A stretch of 41,914 nt of DNA from Candidatus Brocadiia bacterium (GTDB taxonomy: Bacteria > Planctomycetota > Brocadiia > SM23-32), in the NCBI GenBank assembly GCA_046538485.1, contig JBKHIT010000043.1, forward strand, positions 1-41,914. The letters run 5' to 3'. Below the pieces are notes generated by a model. The model made no database searches and was not told the DNA's origin. It worked only from the letters and a program-made list of their open reading frames with translations. Positions within the stretch are counted from its first letter, which is position 1; every line of letters begins with the position of its first letter. Shown here piece by piece: positions 18,703 to 25,312 of this stretch. Made by a program: the position numbers and the translations under genes.

Positions 18703-20469
18703 ATGCCGGCTGGAGACTTCAGAATAAAGCGGTCCCGATCCCACGCGATGTACCAGGTTTTGTCCGGCATTCTGGCCGTCATGCTTCTGGGGGTTGTTGT
18801 GGTCGTACCGGTGCGTGCCGCGGCCGAAGATAAACGGGCCGATAAACTATATGAAACGGCAAAGTCGGCCTACGAGATGGAGCGATGGGAAGATGCATGC
18901 AACAAATTTTACGAATTCATGGCCGCCGCGCCATACGATCCGAGAAATGCCGAAGCACAGTACCTGGTGGGACGCGCCTTCATGCACCGGAATTATCTCA
19001 ACAAGGCAATCACAGAGTTCGGTTATCTCGTGAAAGATTTCCCCAAATCACACTACGCGACGCTCGGACTTCATTATCGTTCGAAATGTTATCTTAAAAC
19101 CCGACAACAAGATAAAGCCATCGCGGATAAAGAAAAAGTGATCGAGCGCTCCGTGGAACATCGGTGGCGACATCAGCGGAAAAACCCGCTCAAAAAACAG
19201 GTCGGCACGAGCCACCGCCACGACGTTTTCTGGCTGGCGAAACATTATATTCAGGAGAAAGAATACGACAAGGCTATCTCTGCTTACCAGCATCTGCCGC
19301 ATGAACTCGAAGCTTTCCGGCATGTCGTGGATGTCTACTACCGGCAGGGCAGGTTCGATAAGATCAAAGAACTGATCGACGGGCTTGCGGAAAAACATCA
19401 CCATGCAGCGTTCCAGCACCTGATCGAGTTTTACGCGAAGAAAAAAGCTTATAACCAGTTGAAAGACATTTTTGTTAAGCTTCTTCAGACCAAAAACCCG
19501 GATCGCAAGACCGACGATCTGGTGCGGCGGACGGCCGAAAATTTCCGGCATTTCGGCATGGACAAATGGGAAAGTGCCATGCGGCTGGTGAGCCAGCACT
19601 ACGCCCGACAGGCCCGTTATGCTGACCGACGACTCTGCCAGCACAACTGGAAGGATATGAACTACCAGGACAAAATGGAGCTGTTCGTCATCAAATACAA
19701 AAAGGGGCAGTGGGTCGACTGGGTCCTGCGTCACAAGGGGATCACCCTCGAGCGCCATGGGAAACCCGAGGAGGCGAGAAACGATTACCGCAGAATCGGC
19801 CAGACCGCTATGGGGCACTGGTATGTGGCCGAGAGTTATCACGGCCGGTATGCGAAGAAAAAAGATTATAAAGCGGCAATCAAAGAGTACGAGAAACTGC
19901 GCAAAGCCTTTTATTCCCAGCACTGGTCGGCCCGAGCCCAATGGCGAATCGCTCACCTCTACCGGACCAAAATTAAGGATGTCGATAAGGCCGCGGAAGC
20001 GTTTCGCCATATTGCTAAACGGTGGCCTTCTCTGAAAACATCTGCCCACAAGAGACATCACCATATTCACGTGAAACTCCCGGAAGCTCGGCCGTATTGT
20101 CATAAACACTGGAAACTGTACGTAGCGCCAGCGGCCCGGCTCGCGCTGGGGGATACCCTTCGGGAGGCGGATCGGTTCGACGATGCCATCATGGAATACA
20201 AAACCCTGGTGATCAGGTACCGAAAAACCAAATCGGCCTCGCGCGGGGCCTACAGGACGGCGCTGTGCTACGAGGGATTGAAAGATCCCGATACGGCCAT
20301 CAAAGTGTTGAAATCGGTGCTGCGACGGTATCCCAAAACGGCTGCGGCGAGCGATGCGCATACCCGGCTGGAAGAACGATACAAAATACCTGATACGGAA
20401 GTTTCGGATGAGATTGATTTTTTCCGGGAAGCGGAGAAAGATTACCTGGAAAAACACGATCGACGATAA
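18703..20469 (+). CDS. Secreted TPR protein (YbgF/BamD-like repeats), ~588 aa
   Basis: GAGGTG RBS before ATG 18703 (ATG 18685 is an alternative); signal peptide ending VPVRA. TPRs include APYDPRNAEAQYLVG, DFPKSHYATLG and RYPKTAAASDA. Confidence 0.8.
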   Translation: MPAGDFRIKRSRSHAMYQVLSGILAVMLLGVVVVVPVRAAAEDKRADKLYETAKSAYEMERWEDACNKFYEFMAAAPYDPRNAEAQYLVGRAFMHRNYLNKAITEFGYLVKDFPKSHYATLGLHYRSKCYLKTRQQDKAIADKEKVIERSVEHRWRHQRKNPLKKQVGTSHRHDVFWLAKHYIQEKEYDKAISAYQHLPHELEAFRHVVDVYYRQGRFDKIKELIDGLAEKHHHAAFQHLIEFYAKKKAYNQLKDIFVKLLQTKNPDRKTDDLVRRTAENFRHFGMDKWESAMRLVSQHYARQARYADRRLCQHNWKDMNYQDKMELFVIKYKKGQWVDWVLRHKGITLERHGKPEEARNDYRRIGQTAMGHWYVAESYHGRYAKKKDYKAAIKEYEKLRKAFYSQHWSARAQWRIAHLYRTKIKDVDKAAEAFRHIAKRWPSLKTSAHKRHHHIHVKLPEARPYCHKHWKLYVAPAARLALGDTLREADRFDDAIMEYKTLVIRYRKTKSASRGAYRTALCYEGLKDPDTAIKVLKSVLRRYPKTAAASDAHTRLEERYKIPDTEVSDEIDFFREAEKDYLEKHDRR

Positions 20470-20503
20470 ACCGATGAAACTGAGGAAAGAAACGGAATAA
20501 CCC

Positions 20504-21172
20504 ATGATCGAATTGTTGAGACAGGGACGTTGGTTCATGATCCCTCTGCTGACCTGCTCGGTGGTGGCGCTGGCCATCATTTTCGACCGTTGGCTCTACC
20601 TGCGGAGCGCTTCTCAGGAGCAAGACGAAGTGCTTGGTACAATCGACGATCTGGTGGAAGAAGGGGATGTCGATGGGATCGAGGAGTACTGTCTGGATAA
20701 TCCCGGGCTGCTTTCCGAGATATTTCTGGCGGGAGTTCGGAAGTTCAAACAGCTCCGCGAAGAACCTAATCTCGATTTTATTCAGAGCGAAATCAACAAA
20801 ATGATGGAAGATGCCAGTATCCTGAACACAACGGACCTTGAATGTCGTCTGCCGCTGCTGAGTTCCGTCGGGAATGTGGCACCTCTGTTCGGTTTCGCGG
20901 GCACAGTGACCGGAATGATTAATGCCTTTCAGGAAATCGCGGCCACGGCGAGTCCCAGCGCCCAGGATGTTGCGTCGGGCATCCAGGAGGCACTTGTGAC
21001 AACCGCATCGGGACTCCTGATCGCCATACCGGCGGTGCTGTTCTACAACTATTTTACAGCGCAAATCGACAGGCTCAGTGTGAGAACCGAAGAGAGCGCC
21101 AACGGACTGGTGGATATGCTGGTGATGAAAGCCGTTGAAAGCCGCCGTCAGGCCGGTTCCGAAGGAGAATGA
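20504..21172 (+). CDS. exbB: MotA/TolQ/ExbB proton channel family protein
   Basis: TM1 WFMIPLLTCSVVALAIIFDRW; APLFGFAGTVTGMINAF; GIQEALVTTASGLLIAIPA. Confidence 0.93.
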   Translation: MIELLRQGRWFMIPLLTCSVVALAIIFDRWLYLRSASQEQDEVLGTIDDLVEEGDVDGIEEYCLDNPGLLSEIFLAGVRKFKQLREEPNLDFIQSEINKMMEDASILNTTDLECRLPLLSSVGNVAPLFGFAGTVTGMINAFQEIAATASPSAQDVASGIQEALVTTASGLLIAIPAVLFYNYFTAQIDRLSVRTEESANGLVDMLVMKAVESRRQAGSEGE

Positions 21173-21582
21173 TTGTGAGAGTCAAACGCTCCAAGAAAAC
21201 CGAGTGGCGGACTTCGTTTGCGAGCATGAGCGATATCGCGTTCCTGCTCATTATTTTCTTCGCGCTGGCCGGAAAGTTCACAAAAAGCAGCGAGAAAGAC
21301 GTTGTGCTCCCCAGCGCCGATATGGGGGAAAGATCACGCCCGCGTGAAATCACCGTCATTGTGACCAAAAACGGCGAATATCTGGTCAATGGTGTGAAGA
21401 AAGATCCCGAGGAATTGCAGCAGGAAGTGTCATTTTACATCGTGCCCGATGCCCCTAAAGAGAATAAAACAGTGACGGTTTTTGCGGACCGTGATGCCGA
21501 CTACGGAGCAGTGGCAAAAGCAATCGACGCGGTCAACCAGGCCGACGGATACCTTGAACTTGCCGTGCGAGAACAACGATAG
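21169..21582 (+). CDS. exbD: ExbD/TolR family protein (copy 2)
   Basis: ASMSDIAFLLIIFFAL TM with Asp; VTVFADRDADYGAVAKAIDAV; ATGA overlap with exbB. Confidence 0.9.
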   Translation: MIVRVKRSKKTEWRTSFASMSDIAFLLIIFFALAGKFTKSSEKDVVLPSADMGERSRPREITVIVTKNGEYLVNGVKKDPEELQQEVSFYIVPDAPKENKTVTVFADRDADYGAVAKAIDAVNQADGYLELAVREQR

Positions 21583-21590
21583 GAGTCATT

Positions 21591-22073
21591 ATGACAACCG
21601 GAATGAATCAACAAACAAAAAAGAGGACCGGCAGACTTAAACTCTGGCAGTTTTTCTTATTTGCCATTCTCATCCACGCCATCGTGATCGTGGGATTCAG
21701 CCCGAGCATCTATACGAAAGGCGAGGATACCAGCCCGGAAGGATTGATTCGGAAAGCGCGGAAACTTGCGAAAGAAGAAAAATATGAAAAGGCGCTCGAA
21801 GTGTATGAAGAACTGATGGCAAAAAAACCCAAAATACCGCAAATATTCGAAGAAGCCGAAAAAGAAATGCACAACGCCCGCCTGAAAATGCTCGAAAAAC
21901 AACGAGAAGCCGCACAGAAAGCCAAAGAAGCCAAAGAAAAAGCCGGGGAAGAATCCGAGGAAGGGACAGACGAAAAGACCAAAGAGGAGGGGGCGGACGG
22001 AACTGAAGAGGATGAGGAAACCGAACCCGAAACCAGCGGAGAAGATCTCCCCGAATTGCCCGGGCTGGAGTAG
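21591..22073 (+). CDS. Small single-pass membrane protein with TonB/TolA-like anchor, one TPR-like helix pair and an acidic tail
   Basis: AGGAG RBS; TM FFLFAILIHAIVIVGFS; ARKLAKEEKYEKALEVYEEL; E-rich disordered C-terminus. Confidence 0.75.
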   Translation: MTTGMNQQTKKRTGRLKLWQFFLFAILIHAIVIVGFSPSIYTKGEDTSPEGLIRKARKLAKEEKYEKALEVYEELMAKKPKIPQIFEEAEKEMHNARLKMLEKQREAAQKAKEAKEKAGEESEEGTDEKTKEEGADGTEEDEETEPETSGEDLPELPGLE

Positions 22074-22163
22074 GGGCGAGCACCGTGAAGGTCCCTGCGA
22101 GACGGGAGAAAATTTTGCTTTTTCCCGTTACCATCCCGAAAGGCCTGGTTCCGCGGGCGAAGA

Positions 22164-22655
22164 GTGATTCGTTGCATGTTGTTGGTCGGGATTGTGAGGC
22201 TGATTGCGGGTTGCGGCAGCAAAACCGAACCCGTCACCGGGGCCGATAAAATGAGTGTGGCCGAAAAAAAAGAAAAAGTCCAGGAATACTGCAAAGATTG
22301 GGTCGACGCAATGGACGCGAGTCTGAAGGAAAAGGGCCTCGACGTGTTTCCGGCAACCTTCACGGGAGTTGAGGCAGAGCGGAAAGGCTGCGATCTGGAA
22401 CTTGGCGAACTGAGCCGGACCATGCGGGCGGCCTTGAACCAATCAAGTGTCGTGGGTCTGCTCAATCCGGCCCCGGGCAATATCAAGGTGAAAGTGCGTT
22501 ACCTGTTGCCCGCAAGCGGCGACCCGGCCAAAGCAAAATGTCGCATCAGCGTAGCCTGCGGGGCTGCCGGTTCGCCCGGGCATATCGCAAAGTATTATCC
22601 CGACCCCAGAATATTTGCGATTTACCTGCCTGACGACAAAAAGCCGAAAGAGTGA
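22164..22655 (+). CDS. Putative lipoprotein, function unknown
   Basis: Lipobox-like LIAG-C followed by GSKTEP; start uncertain (GTG 22164 or ATG 22176). Confidence 0.6.
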   Translation: MIRCMLLVGIVRLIAGCGSKTEPVTGADKMSVAEKKEKVQEYCKDWVDAMDASLKEKGLDVFPATFTGVEAERKGCDLELGELSRTMRAALNQSSVVGLLNPAPGNIKVKVRYLLPASGDPAKAKCRISVACGAAGSPGHIAKYYPDPRIFAIYLPDDKKPKE

Positions 22656-23268
22656 AAACCGCAGTTGCTATCGATGGCTTTCAGAAACGAGATACCCCAA
22701 CACCTTGGTTGATGTTGCGAGCGAAACCGGACGCGAGTAGCCCGGGGGACATACGTTATTTACCGGAGAGCGGATTCACAGCCCGATTAAAGCTGCCCAA
22801 AAGCCAGCTGTCGGCGGACGCTATCTACTCGTTGGTCCGAGCACCCTCGGCGGAATGCATCTGCCGAGCCCCTCCTGGGTCGAAGCCTCCGACATCCTTT
22901 TGCCACATGGCAACGGTTGCACACCGGAACAAATACGGCAGAAAGTTGCCAAACTGCGCGAGATGGACGTCTATGCGAGAAACCCCAAACCAATCGTTTT
23001 CAATGAAGACAGCGCGCGACTGGACAATATGGAAGCCGCTGCTGAGGAATATTGTTCGTGGGGTTATTTTGCGCAGGGGGCTGGCGCCGGGGAAGAACCA
23101 TACGTGAGCATCTGGGGACCGGAACGGGAGACAGATTTTTCAAAGCTGAGTGGTTTTCAAACTTTGCCCGTAAATTGGGGCATAAATACTGAGCGCAAGC
23201 GAAGATTCTTTAATCGATTGGAAAAGCTTACATCGTCGACGAAGGAGAGCACCGCTACATCCGCATAA
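22652..23268 (+). pseudogene. Internally deleted, nonsense-containing remnant of a conserved glycoside-hydrolase-like hypothetical gene
   Basis: MKTAVAIDG start (GTGA overlap with the upstream stop) is joined out of frame to RWLSETRYPNTLVDVASETGRE*PGGH...SDILLPHGNG...PIVFNED...SWGYF...FQTLPVNWGINTERKRRFF. In-frame TAG at 22738-22740. Confidence 0.65.
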
Positions 23269-23306
23269 GTTTAGCGTACATTACATCAGCCGGCCACGCT
23301 CACAAT

Positions 23307-23411
23307 GTCATTGCGAGCCGTTCCGCGTACCGGGACGCCGCGCCAATCTCGCCGTTGGGCTGAAAAAACGACGAGATTGCTTCGCACATCTTACGATGGG
23401 CTCGCAATGAC
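23307..23411. repeat. 105-bp palindromic REP/MITE-like element, copy A
   Basis: Terminal inverted repeats GTCATTGCGAG...CTCGCAATGAC with internal CAATCTC/GAGATTG. 92/105 nt ungapped identity (hand count) to the reverse complement of 32203-32307. Confidence 0.9.
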
Positions 23412-23657
23412 TCATGCTGCGGTATTCCCGGCTAAATACGTACAAACATCCTGCCTGTCAACGGTTCGGCTACGACGATTTAAAACGTCCGTGCGATGGG
23501 GTGTGGCGTTCTCTCTGCCTAGGAACCTGTTTGAGAACCGATTCGCCAGCAGAGCGTCCCGGAGATCCAAAGCCGCTATCGCGTCTCTAAGAACCGGGAG
23601 CTGACACAAAAGCGTGAGACCCGCCCACCGAAATGGTGAGGGTTTTTTAGCGTGTTG

Positions 23658-23693
23658 AAACGCCCCGTGCGATTGGAACGCACGGGGCTGTTT
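23658..23693 (-). terminator. Probable terminator hairpin downstream of the vWA gene
   Basis: Perfect 10-bp stem GCCCCGTGCG-N7-CGCACGGGGC flanked by AAAC/TGTTT, about 20 nt past the stop codon. Confidence 0.65.
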
Positions 23694-23710
23694 GGAAGAT
23701 AGATGAGGGT

Positions 23711-25051
23711 TCAGAACGCAACCGCCGGGGCGGCTTTTTCGCTCTGGCGATCCCGCATGTCTTTGCGCTGACGCCGGTAGCTCTCGTCGTCGGCGATTTG
23801 TTCCGCGTCTTCACGGTTCTGCTGGGCCTCTTTGGCGAGCGCTTTGGAATCCAGCTCTTCGGCTTTGTTGTCCAGCTGTTTCGCGTTTTCACGGAGAATC
23901 TTTTGTGCTTCTTCCACTTTGCCCTTGTCCCGCAGTTCCACAGCCTTCATGTTCTTTTCCATCGCTTCCTGTTCGGCCACGGCGACAATCACGTCTTTAC
24001 GGCGTTTACGTTTGACGGTCTCCGGATCTTCCACGAAACGGGCCCGCAGCTCGCTGGTTAATCTGTCCGTCGTCTTGGTCTGCATATTGGCGTAAGTCAC
24101 TTCCACGTCAGCGATCTTCATGTGCTTGCCCGCGGCTGTCGCCGGAACATTCAGTTCAACCAGCAGTCCGGCCTCGCGTCCGCTGTATATCTGGTTCATG
24201 CCAACAATGACTTTGTTGCCCTTGACGTTGCCATCAGCGTTCAGAATGCGAACGGGCCGCACTCCTTCGCCGCATTTGACCTGGACGGTCACTTCCTGCG
24301 CGACCACGGCCATTCCGATGCTGAACTCCAGGTCAAAGCCTTTTCGGAGGTCTGTGGCGTTTTCAGCGAAGAAATGATTGCCTTCGCTGCGGACCGCAAG
24401 CTGGGTCATCAGATCCTCGTTATAATCGAGACCCAACCCGATCGTAGTGACGGCTATACCGTCTTCATGAAGTCACGCTCCGAGCCCGGCAATTTCGGGT
24501 ATAGAATCAGGCCCGACGTTCGCCAGACCGTCGGACATAAGGACAATCCTGTTGATACGATTTCGGCTGAGGAATTTCCTCACTTCTTGTCCGCCTTTTT
24601 TAACACCTCCATAGAGGGCAGTGGACCCGCTTGCACCCAGCGAGCGAATCTTGCGAATTATAGCGGCCTTTTCTTGGGCTTTCGTGGCAGGAACCAGAAC
24701 CCTGACGGTCGCATCGTATACGATGACCGACACGATATCATCGGACCGGAGGCGGTTGACGGCCATGATGGCGGCCTGCCGGGCCTGTGCGATTTTCTGT
24801 CCACTCATCGATCCCGATTTGTCGAGCACCAGCGCCACATTAATGGGCGTTCGGGCTTCATTCTTCATCTTGAAGCCTTCAAGGCCGACTTTAAGGTAGG
24901 TTGTCTGCGCCCGGCCGGCCTGCAGCGCAGGATGAGAGAGAGCAACATTAAGTTTCACCTGGTCGGCTCGGGCTGGTGCCGCGGCCAGACTGAATACGAT
25001 TCCAAGAATAACAAATATTCCGATTCGCTTCCCACCGTGCCGTGTATACAT
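23711..25051 (-). pseudogene. Secreted vWA-domain protein (YfbK-like) interrupted by one in-frame TGA at codon 193
   Basis: RBS AGGAGAG, signal peptide ending APARA, MIDAS DKSGS, TAL and LMSDGLAN. Reads GLGA*LHEDGIAVTTIGLGLDYNEDLM in a single frame, joining the two track ORFs. TGA is at 24475-24473. Confidence 0.85.
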
Positions 25052-25108
25052 CGTGTCTCTCCTCTTGCAGATGGAACTATGGGGCAACCTCTGCGGCTTC
25101 ACATTCAA

Positions 25109-25137
25109 TTAGACGTCAACTGCTATAGTTTTGTTCC
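25109..25137 (-). promoter_or_regulatory. Putative ECF-sigma promoter of the vWA gene
   Basis: Minus strand reads GGAAC-N17-CGTCTAA, about 58 nt upstream of ATG 25051. Confidence 0.55.
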
Positions 25138-25200
25138 CAGAAAATCCAGGACCTCCGGCAGTTCGAATCGCACTGTAGTTTTAGTCTCTGCAACGGGACA

Positions 25201-25228
25201 TTGTTCGCACGAAACAGGGCACTATAAT
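25201..25228 (+). promoter_or_regulatory. Putative sigma70 promoter of the GNAT-DUF3604 gene
   Basis: TTGTTC, 16-nt spacer, TATAAT (25223-25228). Confidence 0.4.
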
Positions 25229-25312
25229 AAACGTCGAGAGGCTGCCCGTTGCTTCTCAGAAAATCCATGCGGTTCAATCCCAATTTTTCCTTTGTCCGGA
25301 GCGGAACTTGCA

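Noticed and set aside
19048..20580. Long antisense ORFs (510 aa here; also 34574-35899, 26111-27208, 9928-10944)
   Set aside because: They are shadows of well-supported plus-strand genes and have no recognisable motifs.
3932..22073. Naming the operon tol-pal, ton or agl-glt
   Set aside because: No TolB, Pal, TonB_C, outer-membrane barrel or FHA-domain Glt components were recognised. The resemblance is architectural only.
22102..22128. Hairpin ACGGGAGAAA...TTTTTCCCGT after the operon as a terminator
   Set aside because: No U-tract follows the stem. It may mark the operon end but is too weak to call.
23711..25108. Frameshift or two separate genes for the vWA locus; genome-wide TGA recoding
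   Set aside because: The two ORFs are in the same frame, separated by one TGA. TGA is the normal stop of many intact genes here.
24122..25312. N-terminal ~397 aa of the 1209-aa ORF in the track
   Set aside because: It is the antisense shadow of the vWA gene plus intergenic DNA. Recognisable protein starts at ATG 25313.
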